A stretch of 64,000 bases of DNA from the NCBI GenBank assembly GCA_963778655.1, contig CAVZVA010000003.1:352001-416000 (forward strand). Reading direction: 5' to 3'. The first letter of the stretch is position 1. Each line of letters begins with the position of its first letter. A program made the translations under genes and the position numbers. The DNA comes from an uncultured delta proteobacterium. GTDB lineage: Bacteria > Myxococcota_A > Polyangia > Polyangiales > JAFGIB01. Shown here piece after piece: positions 37,504 through 47,217 of the stretch. The notes under the pieces are model-generated. The model did no database searches. It saw nothing but the letters and a program-made list of their open reading frames with translations, and was not told where the DNA came from.

Positions 37504-39141
37504 TCAGAGCGAGGTCATCACGCAGGCCGAGGTCGAGTCCTCGGCGATGCACTTGCTGGTGCCGCCGTCGCAGGTCTGGCAGGCGTCGCAGTCGCTGTCG
37601 ACGCTGCAGGCCCCGCCCACGCACTCACCGGTCGACATGCCGTTGATGGTGATGGTGGCGCAGGTCTCGCCGCTGCCGGGGCAGTCGGTCGCGGCCGTCG
37701 CGCTGGTGCAGTAGCGCGCCGGCGCCTGGCGCTTGGCGTCACCCGTGATCAGGCCCGCCTGCTGGATGGTCGTGATGTAGGTGTACACGGCCTGCTTGTC
37801 CGCGGTGGTCATGTTGCGGAACACGTCGAACGGCATCGGGAAGCCGAGCCCGTGCGGCGGGGTGGTCGAGAACGACGCCCCCGACAGCAAGGTGTCGAGG
37901 AACACCGAGAAGCCGGCGGTGAAGCCCGCGTTGTCGCCGGTCAGGTTCGCGCTCATGGTGCGCACCTGGTGGAGGATCGGCTGCAAGGGCGGGGGCACGG
38001 CAAAGGCCTGGCCACCCGAGAGGAAGGTGGTGGTATCCACCTTGTTGGTCATCTTGTTGCGGCCGCCGGGCGTGTGGCACTCGTTGCACAGGCCCGGACC
38101 GTTGACGATGTAGCTGCCGCGGCCGTACAGCGCCTGATCGCCGGCCGACATCGAGGCCACCAGCGAGTCGTCGGCGAGCGGCGAGATCGCCAGGCCGCGC
38201 AGCACATTGTTGGTATCGAACGGCTCGCCGGCCTCCGTCGTGGGCATGCCCGCAGCCGGGTCGAAGGCGGCCGGCAAGGGACGAGTCACGTCGCCGTCGG
38301 CGAACTGCGGCACGGGAACCGGGTCGCCGTTGGTGTCGTAGAAGGGCGAGGCCCCAGGCAGCGTGAAGATCGGCTTCGCGTCGGCCTGCACCGCGTTGTC
38401 CACGGCCGGGATGTGCTTGAGGTAGTGATAGATGTCGCGCAGGTCCTGGGTGGTCAGCCAGCGCAGCTGCGGCCACGGCATCACCATCAGGGTCGCCGTG
38501 TTCTTGAAGTCCGTGCCCTTGCGCAGCGCCTCGATGAACTGATCCTCGCTGAGCTGCAGGCCGGTGGTCGCGTCGGGCGTGAGGTTGCGCGCGAACACGT
38601 GGGAGTCGATGCAGTCAGTAGCGCCGACAGTGCAGGGCTGCACCGTGGTGGAGTCGAGGCCGCCGAGCGGGAAGTCCGCGTTGCCGGCCAAGAACAGGGT
38701 ATGGCCCTGCGCGTCGGTGCCGTTGTGGCAGCCCTGGCAATCCGCGACCGCGTTGACCATGTAAGCGCCGCGCCCGACGCTCTCGATTCGATCGCCATCC
38801 AGACCCTCGACATCGACGGTGACCGGCGACAGCGCCAGCCCCGTGCGCGCGGTCTCCGACAGGATGATGTCGTTGCCGTTCATGCCGTCCATGCCGTTGG
38901 TGCCATCGGTCCCGTTGGTCCCGTTGGTGCCATCGGTCCCGTTGGTGCCGTTGGTGCCGTCCTTGCCGCTGGTCCCAGTGGCGCCCTTGGCGCCGTCCTT
39001 GCCGGGTGCCCCGGGATCGCCCTTGTCACCCTTCGCCCCATCGGCGCCGTCGGCGCCGTCCACACCTTTGGCCCCGGCAGAGCCTTTGCAGGCGGTGACC
39101 GCAACGGCCAGCACTGCAGCGAGTAGCAGTTGAGCGCGCAT
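37504..39141 (-). CDS. Lipoprotein: collagen-like stalk + diheme cytochrome c + Cys-rich tail
   Basis: VTAC lipobox, (Gxx)n, CQGCH, NLTPD..TGL, MPW, CNECHT, MPF. Confidence 0.88.
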   Translation of the reverse strand: MRAQLLLAAVLAVAVTACKGSAGAKGVDGADGADGAKGDKGDPGAPGKDGAKGATGTSGKDGTNGTNGTDGTNGTNGTDGTNGMDGMNGNDIILSETARTGLALSPVTVDVEGLDGDRIESVGRGAYMVNAVADCQGCHNGTDAQGHTLFLAGNADFPLGGLDSTTVQPCTVGATDCIDSHVFARNLTPDATTGLQLSEDQFIEALRKGTDFKNTATLMVMPWPQLRWLTTQDLRDIYHYLKHIPAVDNAVQADAKPIFTLPGASPFYDTNGDPVPVPQFADGDVTRPLPAAFDPAAGMPTTEAGEPFDTNNVLRGLAISPLADDSLVASMSAGDQALYGRGSYIVNGPGLCNECHTPGGRNKMTNKVDTTTFLSGGQAFAVPPPLQPILHQVRTMSANLTGDNAGFTAGFSVFLDTLLSGASFSTTPPHGLGFPMPFDVFRNMTTADKQAVYTYITTIQQAGLITGDAKRQAPARYCTSATAATDCPGSGETCATITINGMSTGECVGGACSVDSDCDACQTCDGGTSKCIAEDSTSACVMTSL

Positions 39142-39345
39142 TCGTCCTCCTCGTTTCTAAGGTTCGCAAGCGCCCCCCTACGCCGAGGCGTTTGCGGTAC
39201 GCCGGCCATCGCACGCGCTTCCGTCACCCGTCAATAACCTGCACGGCCGAACCTGGTCCCCCGTTTCGTCCGTATCAAAGTCGAATCGCGCAACGGGGTG
39301 GATCGGCGTTAGCATGCGCGCAGCCCGAACGGAGGGAAGCTCGCG

Positions 39346-40455
39346 ATGGCACTGAAGAGACCGACCTGGCCGAGCGGCCGCGTGCTCACGCTGGAACACC
39401 GCTCGCGGGTGCTGGCCGACAACCCGCTCGGCGATCCGTCCGTGCGCACGCTCGAGGTGTGGCTGCCGCCGCACTACGACCAGGGCCTGTCGCACGGGCG
39501 CGGCCGGCGCTTCCCGGTGCTGTTCGACCTGGTCGGCTACACCGGCTCGGGCAAGTCGCACACCAACTGGCGCAGCTTCGACGAGAATCTGCCGGAACGC
39601 GCCGCGCGGCTGATCCACGAGCGCAAGCTGGGTCCGTGCATCGTGGTGCTGCCCGACTGCTTCACCGCGCTCGGGGGCAACCAGTACGTGAACTCGAGCG
39701 CGATCGGCCGCTACGCCGACTACCTCACGCGCGAGCTCATCCCGTTCGTGGACCGCGAGCTGCGCACGCTCGCCGCGCGCGAGCACCGCGGCTGCTTCGG
39801 CAAGTCCTCGGGCGGCTACGGGGCGATCGTCCACGGCATGAAATACGCGCGCTACTGGGGCGCGGTGGCCGACCACTCGGGCGACGCGTACTTCGACTTC
39901 GTGTACCGCAGCGACTGGCCCACCACGCTCACCGAGCTCGGCAAGCACCGCAGGCCGCCGCGCAAGGCCGGGCGCTACGCTGTGCAGCGCGAGGCGCGCG
40001 CGAGCGGGCGCGGGCTCGACGATGGGCGCGTGCAGCGCTTTCTCGAGCACATCTGGCGCAAGCAGAAGCCCTCGGGCGCCGAGGTGCACTGCCTGATGAA
40101 CCTGTGCATGGCCGCCACCTACGATCCCGATCCGCGCGCGCCGGGCGGGTTCCGGCTGCCCTTCGACCTCGAGACCGGCGAGTTGATCGAGGCGCGCTGG
40201 CGGCGCTGGCTCGAGCACGACCCGGTGCACATGGTGGCACGCCACCGCCGCGAGCTGGCCACGCTGAAGGGCATCTACATCGATTGTGGCTGGCGCGACC
40301 AGTACCACATCCACTACGGCTGCCGGCTGCTGTCCAAGCGCCTCGCCGCGCACGGCATCGCGCACCGCTACGAGGAGTTCGACGACGACCACTCGGGCGT
40401 CGACTACCGCATGGACCACAGCCTGCCCTTCCTGTACCGCGCGCTGCGGCCGTGA
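39346..40455 (+). CDS. Putative esterase (Fes-like alpha/beta hydrolase)
   Basis: VWLPPHYD, GKSSGGYGA, DCG..DQY, FDDDH. Confidence 0.88.
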   Translation: MALKRPTWPSGRVLTLEHRSRVLADNPLGDPSVRTLEVWLPPHYDQGLSHGRGRRFPVLFDLVGYTGSGKSHTNWRSFDENLPERAARLIHERKLGPCIVVLPDCFTALGGNQYVNSSAIGRYADYLTRELIPFVDRELRTLAAREHRGCFGKSSGGYGAIVHGMKYARYWGAVADHSGDAYFDFVYRSDWPTTLTELGKHRRPPRKAGRYAVQREARASGRGLDDGRVQRFLEHIWRKQKPSGAEVHCLMNLCMAATYDPDPRAPGGFRLPFDLETGELIEARWRRWLEHDPVHMVARHRRELATLKGIYIDCGWRDQYHIHYGCRLLSKRLAAHGIAHRYEEFDDDHSGVDYRMDHSLPFLYRALRP

Positions 40456-40481
40456 CCGCCGGTCCGGGCTCGGACCAGAAT

Positions 40482-40544
40482 TCACAGGAAGGCGGGAACA
40501 CCTGAAGCTCAGAATCCATGTCCGTCTTCCCGTCTTCCTGTTGA
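40482..40544. repeat. Dispersed inverted-repeat family, copy 2
   Basis: ACAGGAAGGCGGGAA ... CTTCCCGTCTTCCTGTTGA. Confidence 0.78.
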
Positions 40545-40732
40545 GTCCTCCGAACCGCGTGCGCTCGGGACGAGGCGCCGCTTCGGTGGTAGGCACGGGC
40601 TGCGATGAGCTACGCCCCTCATCCGGTGACGCTGCGACAGCTGCAGAGGCCTACATCAGACTGGCCGGCTGATTCCGCGCTCGGTGGGGCTACGGTGGCG
40701 CCGGCGCTGGGTGTACACTAAGGGTGCGTCCG

Positions 40733-42187
40733 ATGGCACTGCGCGACATTCCAATGCTGGCGGGCGCCGCGCCCGTGATCGGCCACACCCGGGAGTTCGA
40801 GCGCGACCGCTTCGCGTTTTTGGAGCGGCTGAGCCGCGAGGTCGACGAGATCGCGAGGATGCACTTCCTCACCCGCGACGTGGTGCTGGTCAACTCGCCC
40901 GCGGCGATCCACGAGGTGCTGGTCGAGAAGGCGCGCTGCTTCGAGAAGTCCCAGATGATCCGCATCGTGTTGCAGCCGCTGGTCGGCGAAGGGCTGTTCA
41001 CCGCGGGTGGCTCGCTGTGGCGCAGGCAGCGGCGGCTGATGGCCCCGGTCTTTCAGCACGCCAAGATCGACGCGTTCGCGGACGTGATGGTCGACTGCGC
41101 GCGGCGAGCCTGTGACGACTGGCGCGACGGCGCGCAGCTCGACGTCGCGCGCGAGACCACGCACATCGCGATGGCGGTCGCTGGCCGCACGCTGTTCGGC
41201 ATCGACACCTTCGACGAGGCCGACGCGCTCGGCCAGGCCCTGACCACCGCGCTCACGTGGGCCGACCAGGCGTCGCTGGCGCTGGTGGTTGCGCTGCAGG
41301 TGGAGCTGCAGCTGGCGTTGCTGGGGCTGCGCGGCGGGCCCGAGCCCGTGCGCCGCGCCTTCGATCGCGTGATCGCCCGGCTCGATCCGCCGATCATGTG
41401 GCCCACGCGCAAGAACCGCGAGCTGCAGCGCGCGATCGTGCTGCTCGACTCGCGCGTGCAGCGCATGATCGACGAGCGCCGCGCCGCGGCCGCGCCGCGC
41501 GCCGACCTGCTGAGCCACCTGCTGCAGGCGCGCGACGAGGACGACGGCGGTGTGATGGACGACAAGCAGGTGCGCGACGAGATCCTGACGCTGTTCGTGG
41601 CCGGCCACGAGACCACCGCCAACGGCCTGGCCTGGGCGCTGTACCTGCTGGCCCGCCACCCCGAGGCGTATGCGCGCGCCCGCGCCGCTGCCGATTCGCT
41701 CGGCGGCCGCCCGGCCACGCTCGCCGATCTCGACCGGCTGGAGTACCTCGGCCGGGTGTTCAAGGAAGCGCTGCGGATGTACCCGCCGGTCTACGTGTTC
41801 TCGCGCATCTCCACCGCCGACGTGAGCGTGGCCGGCTACAAGGTGCCCGACCGCACCGTGTTCCTGATCAGCCCGTGGACGCTGCAGCATCGGCCCGACC
41901 TGTGGCCCGATCCGTCGCGCTTCGACCCCGAGCGCTTCACGGCCGAGGCCGAGGCCCGCCGCCCGCGCGACGCGTGGATCCCCTTCTCCGACGGCCCGCG
42001 CGTGTGCATCGGCGCGCACTTCGCGCAGCTCGAAGCGCCGCTGGTGCTGGCGACGTTGCTACAGCGCGCGGACTTCTCGCTGGCCAGCAACGCCGAGGTG
42101 CTGCCCGACACCGCGAGCACGCTGCGCCCGCGCGGCGGCATGCCGATGCGGGTCACGCTGCGGGAGAAGCTGCGCGCGTCGGCCTGA
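40733..42187 (+). CDS. Cytochrome P450
   Basis: AGHETT, EALR, FDPERF, FSDGPRVCIG. Confidence 0.96.
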   Translation: MALRDIPMLAGAAPVIGHTREFERDRFAFLERLSREVDEIARMHFLTRDVVLVNSPAAIHEVLVEKARCFEKSQMIRIVLQPLVGEGLFTAGGSLWRRQRRLMAPVFQHAKIDAFADVMVDCARRACDDWRDGAQLDVARETTHIAMAVAGRTLFGIDTFDEADALGQALTTALTWADQASLALVVALQVELQLALLGLRGGPEPVRRAFDRVIARLDPPIMWPTRKNRELQRAIVLLDSRVQRMIDERRAAAAPRADLLSHLLQARDEDDGGVMDDKQVRDEILTLFVAGHETTANGLAWALYLLARHPEAYARARAAADSLGGRPATLADLDRLEYLGRVFKEALRMYPPVYVFSRISTADVSVAGYKVPDRTVFLISPWTLQHRPDLWPDPSRFDPERFTAEAEARRPRDAWIPFSDGPRVCIGAHFAQLEAPLVLATLLQRADFSLASNAEVLPDTASTLRPRGGMPMRVTLREKLRASA

Positions 42188-42443
42188 GAGGCCGCATCGG
42201 AACGGCGCTTCGGATTCCGAGCTGCCGTCCCGGCTCGATGTTCACGCATCAGGCGTGCCAGCAGCCGCCCACGTGGCGACCGCAACACCCACATTTAGCG
42301 GGCTTCTCTGATCACCCTGCCGTCGGCTGAGCTCCAGCTCGCCGGCTACGGCGCGATGGCCACTTGCCCCGCCTTGCCGCATGTGGCCCATTCGCTGCGC
42401 GTGCGTAGGTGAGGGCTCAGGGCCGAAACCCCGGGAGGTTGCC

Positions 42444-43517
42444 ATGCGCGGTCGATCGGCTGTCCTTTGGCTGACCTGGCTGGCGCTGAGCGCCTGCGCC
42501 GCGCGGCAGGTCCCGCCCGCCGCGAGCGCCGAATCGGCTCCCCAAGCTCCCGTCGCCGTCCCCGCCGGGCCCGAATCCATCGCCATGGCCGTACCCGCCG
42601 CCGGCGAGGAAGCCCATCGGGCGCTGATCGCGGCCGTGGCGTGTTGGATGGGGGGCATGTGGAGCGATGCCGAGGCGGCGAGCGACGAAGACCGCGTTAC
42701 CGTGAGCAAGCGACGCTGCCAAGTGCTGATCCGGCGGCTCTATCAACGCGACGATCCCGATCTCGAGGAGCGGACACGGAGCCTCGAGCCGATGGCGGTA
42801 GCGCAGCTGAGGGATAAGATCCTCGCTCTGGCAAAGAGCGATGGGATCGACGCCACGCGAACGCAGCAGCTCGTCAGTCTCCTCAACGCCAGCGCCGACG
42901 CAGCGCGAGAAACGATGTTGGCGCGGCGCGCGGCCGACGTGGTGAAAGCCGACATCCTGGCCACGGCTTCCGCCAGCAAGCGCGATGCCGACGAGTCGGC
43001 CGCGGCCGAGCCTCTGACCAAGGACCGAGCGTTCGAGCAGTTGTGGAGGCTCGACGTGAGCGACCTCACGCACGAGGCTCGGTCGATAGCGATTTTGAAC
43101 GCCATGGACCGCATGAACGCGGCCCGCGGCCTGCCAAAGCGGCTCAAGCTCGCCGCGTTGCGAGGGCCTTTCGCTCTGCTGTTCGGAGTAGTCCCTGCCG
43201 ACGCCGACCCCGGCAAGCCGCTCGAAGGCGGACAATGGCTTGCCTACTTGAGCTCGGCGGCCAATGCGGCCGGGCACCCCGTTCCGCAAGAGGTCACGCC
43301 ACTGCCCGCGCGCGAGCGTCTGGCGTGGGGCGGCACGGTCATGGGGCTCGCAGACAAACTGCAACGCGAGGCGCAGCAACTATCGGATGCGACCGAGCAC
43401 AAGCGTGTGGCCCTCGCAGTCGTCCGGCGCCTGCAGGCCGCCTACAGGGCCTCCGAGGCTGCGGTCGCCAAGACTCCCAACGCAACCGGCTTGCCGGACG
43501 ACGAGGGCTTGCCATGA
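42444..43517 (+). CDS. Hypothetical helical lipoprotein, paralog A
   Basis: GGAGG RBS, LSAC lipobox, [11 protein letters not shown]. Confidence 0.8.
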   Translation: MRGRSAVLWLTWLALSACAARQVPPAASAESAPQAPVAVPAGPESIAMAVPAAGEEAHRALIAAVACWMGGMWSDAEAASDEDRVTVSKRRCQVLIRRLYQRDDPDLEERTRSLEPMAVAQLRDKILALAKSDGIDATRTQQLVSLLNASADAARETMLARRAADVVKADILATASASKRDADESAAAEPLTKDRAFEQLWRLDVSDLTHEARSIAILNAMDRMNAARGLPKRLKLAALRGPFALLFGVVPADADPGKPLEGGQWLAYLSSAANAAGHPVPQEVTPLPARERLAWGGTVMGLADKLQREAQQLSDATEHKRVALAVVRRLQAAYRASEAAVAKTPNATGLPDDEGLP

Positions 43518-44602
43518 AGCGACCTGTCACGATCGTATGCACGCTCGGCCTGCTGTGCGTGGCCTGCGGCAGTGCTCGCACCGGATCGAGCACCACAGCT
43601 GCCCGACTGCCGCCCGCAGCCTCTGCCGAGCCGGCGGCTGCACCAGAGCCCACCGCCGGCGCCGAGGTCGACGGGACCGACACGGGTGCCCCCGCGGTCG
43701 CGCGCGGCGAAGCCCACGCATGGCTGGTCGCGGCGGTGGGTTGCTGGCTCGGCGGGATGTGGAGCGACGCCGAGGGTGCCGACGAAGCCTCACGCATCAA
43801 CGCCTCCAAGGAGCGCTGCCGCACGCTGGTTCGGCGGCTCTACGGCGACGACGACCAGGCCCGATACGAGAGGCTGCGTGCAGTAGACCCGAGCGCGATC
43901 GCGGACCTGCGTGCCAAGATCGAAAACGAGGCTCGGAGCGACGCGTCCGACAAAGGCCGAGCGCCGCAACTGCTCGAGCTGCTCGACTCGACCGCAGCCG
44001 CCGCACGCGAGGCGATGTCCGCACGGCGTTTTGCTAACGACATCAAGAACGACATCGCCGTCGTCCAGCCGGCAACGAAGCGCAAAGCTGACGAGGTCGC
44101 TGCGGTCGAGCCTCTGGGCGAAGACAAAGCGTTCGAAGCCCTGCTCCGCCTGGACGCGGGAGACCTGAGCCCCGAGGCGCGCGCGATCGCTCTGCTGTAC
44201 GCCCTCGATCGGATGGAGGCGGCGCGCGGGCTCCCCACCCACGTCAAGCTTTATGCCGTGGCGCGACCCTTCGCGGCGCTCTTCGGCATCTCGGCTCCGC
44301 AGGTATCGGCCGACGCAAGCACGCCGATAAAAGGGGGCATCTGGCTCCACTACCTAATGGCGGTGGCGAATGCGGCCGGCCATCCTATGCCCGAAAGGGC
44401 GCGGTTGCATCGCGATCAAGAGCTGATGGCTTGGGGTGGCATCTTCATGGGGCTCGCGGACCGGCTCAGCGCGGAAGCCGAGCAGATCGCCGATGCCAGC
44501 GAGCTTCAGAGCGTCGCCCACGCGGTGGCCCGCAGACTGGGTATCGAGTACCGCGCCTCCGAAGCCGCGATTGAAGCCGGCAGCAAACCCACACCACCGT
44601 AG
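43514..44602 (+). CDS. Hypothetical helical lipoprotein, paralog B
   Basis: ATGA overlap, CVAC lipobox, [11 protein letters not shown]; collinear with paralog A. Confidence 0.82.
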   Translation: MKRPVTIVCTLGLLCVACGSARTGSSTTAARLPPAASAEPAAAPEPTAGAEVDGTDTGAPAVARGEAHAWLVAAVGCWLGGMWSDAEGADEASRINASKERCRTLVRRLYGDDDQARYERLRAVDPSAIADLRAKIENEARSDASDKGRAPQLLELLDSTAAAAREAMSARRFANDIKNDIAVVQPATKRKADEVAAVEPLGEDKAFEALLRLDAGDLSPEARAIALLYALDRMEAARGLPTHVKLYAVARPFAALFGISAPQVSADASTPIKGGIWLHYLMAVANAAGHPMPERARLHRDQELMAWGGIFMGLADRLSAEAEQIADASELQSVAHAVARRLGIEYRASEAAIEAGSKPTPP

Positions 44603-44681
44603 GCGGCCTGCTCGTGCATGCCCGCGACCGCGCCCATATCCGCGCCCGACGGCCGAACGTACGAATGCCACGCGAAGCCGT

Positions 44682-44853
44682 GACTGCGGCAAGTACGCGT
44701 TGAAGCAGGTCCCCGCTCCCATTCTCGTGTCCACGGTGATCCAGCCGCCGTGATCGCGCACGATGCTGTAGGAAACGGATAGCCCTAGGCCGGTCCCTTG
44801 GCCCACAGCCTTGGTCGTGAAGAACGGGTCGAAGATCTGCGGCAACACTTCGG
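44682..44853 (-). pseudogene. Histidine kinase HATPase_c C-terminal fragment
   Basis: [37 protein letters not shown] with no upstream kinase body. Confidence 0.82.
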
Positions 44854-45085
44854 ACACGGCCCACCTGCGAGCCGACGGCGGCCGAGGTCACGCGTGGCGG
44901 GGCATTCCGCCCCATGCAGACTTCGTCGCATCCATCACGGCGAGCTGCATCATGCGGATGAAGCATGCGGGTCGCCCTGTGCGGCGACTTCGTTGCTCGG
45001 ATTTCACCGGACGTACACCCAACCGCTCGCGTGCGGAGCATTGATGCGGCAGCACGCGCCGCCTTCCGGCGCAGGAGGCCTATTC

Positions 45086-46816
45086 ATGAATATTCGCACC
45101 CTAGTATCAGCTGCATGCTTGCCACTTGCGTGCGCATGCGCAGCCCAGACGAGCCTCGACTCCACAGCAGCTCCGGCGGAGTCGGCGCAAGCGTTGAGCA
45201 AGACCGACGGTAAGCCGGAGCCGCACGACGCTTGCGGTGGGAAGGGGCGGCACGCAGGTCGGCGCGACTGCCGCGTCCGCGACATCCGCCACGTGCTGCT
45301 GCTGAGCATCGACGGTCTGCACCAGCAGGACCTCGCGGGCTTCATCGCGGCTCATCCAGCGTCCGCCCTGGCGGAGCTGGCAGGCCACGGCGTGCAGTAC
45401 ACCAATGCGTGGGTCAATCGGCTCGATGGCTCAGCGACCAACCCCAGTGATTCGTTTCCGGGCCTGCTGGCGCTGATCACCGGCGGCTCGTCGAGGACGC
45501 ACGGCTGCTGGTACGACATTTCCTATGCGCGTGACCTGTTTCCGGCTGCAGCCAGCTGCTCTGGAACACCGGGCACGTACGCTGCGTACGACGAGAGCAT
45601 CGAGAAGAACAACGCCTTTCTCTGGGGTGACGCCCCTCCCGACGACAGCCCGACCCACCAGCCGTCGGTGGCGCGCTCCCGGTACGACTTGGCCCAGCTC
45701 CCCTACGCGAAGAGCGGCACCGAGTGCTCCCCTGTTTTCCCGCACCAGTATCTGCGGGTGAACACCATCTTCCAGGTGGTCAAGGAGCAGGGCTTGCACA
45801 CGGCGTGGTCGGACAAGCACCTGGCCTATGATTTCGTCAACGGCACGTCCGGTGAAGGCGTCGACGACTTCTTCGGGCCGGAGATCAACTCGGATCCCTC
45901 CAACAGCCTGATCCCCACGGCTCCGGCGGGCAGCTCGTTCACCGACAAATGGTCCTACACCGAGGTCTACGACGACTTCAAGGTGCAGGCGATCTTGAAC
46001 GAGATCGATGGCAAGTGGAGCGACGATGGCCTGCCCGGCGCCACCGACACCGCGGGCCGGCGCCCCGGCGTGCCCGCGCTGTTCGGGATGAACTTCCAGG
46101 CGCTCAGCGTGGCCCAGAAGAGCTCCGCCGCCGACGGCGGCTACGTCGATGCCAATGCAACGCCCGGAGCGCAGGTCGCCGATGCGCTGTCTCACACGGA
46201 CGCCTCAATCGCCAAGATGATCGCGAGGCTCAAGGCGCGCCGCCTGTACGACCGCACGCTGATCATCGTGACCGCGAAGCACGGGCAGTCGCCGATCGAC
46301 AAGTCGCTCTACACGCCGGTCGATGGCGATGCCGTGGTGGATCTGCTCGACGGCGCCGGCGCGACCGTGGCCGGTCACATCGAGGACGACGTGGCGCTCT
46401 ATTGGCTGGCCGACGCGAGCACGGCGCCGGCCGCAGTCGCCGCGCTCACGTCGCCGACCGCGACCCCGGATCCTCGCGCCGAGCAGGTCTTAAGCACGGC
46501 CGATGCTGAATTCGTGGCGATGTTCGGCGACCCGTCCAAGGACTCGCACGTGCCTGACGTGATCGTGAAGGTAACCAAGGGCACCATCTACTCGCTAAGC
46601 ACGAAGAAGGAAGCCGAGCACGGTGGCTTCGCGGACGACGACGCCCACGTCGGGCTACTGCTGTCCAATCCGGGGCTGCGTGCCTCGACCAACAACACGG
46701 TCGTACGCACCAAGCAGGTGGCGCCCACGATCCTACGCGCCCTCGACATCCCTCCATCGGCGCTCGATGCGGTTCGTGCCGAGGGGACGGAGGTGCTCCC
46801 CGGCGTTCGACTTTGA
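45086..46816 (+). CDS. Alkaline phosphatase superfamily (phosphodiesterase/NPP-like) exported protein
   Basis: LLSIDGLH, PSDSFPG, VTAKHGQ, AEHGG; AGGAGG RBS. Confidence 0.88.
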   Translation: MNIRTLVSAACLPLACACAAQTSLDSTAAPAESAQALSKTDGKPEPHDACGGKGRHAGRRDCRVRDIRHVLLLSIDGLHQQDLAGFIAAHPASALAELAGHGVQYTNAWVNRLDGSATNPSDSFPGLLALITGGSSRTHGCWYDISYARDLFPAAASCSGTPGTYAAYDESIEKNNAFLWGDAPPDDSPTHQPSVARSRYDLAQLPYAKSGTECSPVFPHQYLRVNTIFQVVKEQGLHTAWSDKHLAYDFVNGTSGEGVDDFFGPEINSDPSNSLIPTAPAGSSFTDKWSYTEVYDDFKVQAILNEIDGKWSDDGLPGATDTAGRRPGVPALFGMNFQALSVAQKSSAADGGYVDANATPGAQVADALSHTDASIAKMIARLKARRLYDRTLIIVTAKHGQSPIDKSLYTPVDGDAVVDLLDGAGATVAGHIEDDVALYWLADASTAPAAVAALTSPTATPDPRAEQVLSTADAEFVAMFGDPSKDSHVPDVIVKVTKGTIYSLSTKKEAEHGGFADDDAHVGLLLSNPGLRASTNNTVVRTKQVAPTILRALDIPPSALDAVRAEGTEVLPGVRL

Positions 46817-46965
46817 AGGCCGGCAAGCTGTACTCCCGAACGATGGCCGGCGCGGCGACCCCGCGCCGGCCGCCGACGAACGGCGGGCGGGGTGGCTGGC
46901 GGACGTACCGCCGGAAGCGGGCCCCGACCGGGGCGCTGAAGCCTGCGCCGCGTCCTAGCAAGCTC

Positions 46966-47060
46966 TGCCAACGACATCAAAGACGACATCGCCGTGGTCC
47001 AGTCGGAGGCCAAACGCAAAGGGGACGAGCGCGCTGCGGTCGAGCCTCTGAGCGCGGACA
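46966..47060 (+). pseudogene. 95-nt remnant of a third lipoprotein paralog
   Basis: ANDIKDDIAVVQSEAKRKGDERAAVEPLSAD aligns gaplessly with 44032-44126. Confidence 0.8.
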
Positions 47061-47217
47061 GCGGGGCGGCTGACGCGGGGCCGGTCGCCGCGGGTGCAGC
47101 GCCCCGGCGGGGCCGGCGGCCGCGGGCAGGGGCCGGATCAGCAAGCTCGCGCGAAGCGCGCGCCTGCGCTATAGGGACGGCTCGACCGGCGTGCGGCCGG
47201 CGTGGGAGAGAGGAGTG

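Noticed and set aside
38870..39075. 9-nt DNA repeats as an independent element
   Set aside because: Explained by collagen-like GTN/GTD codons
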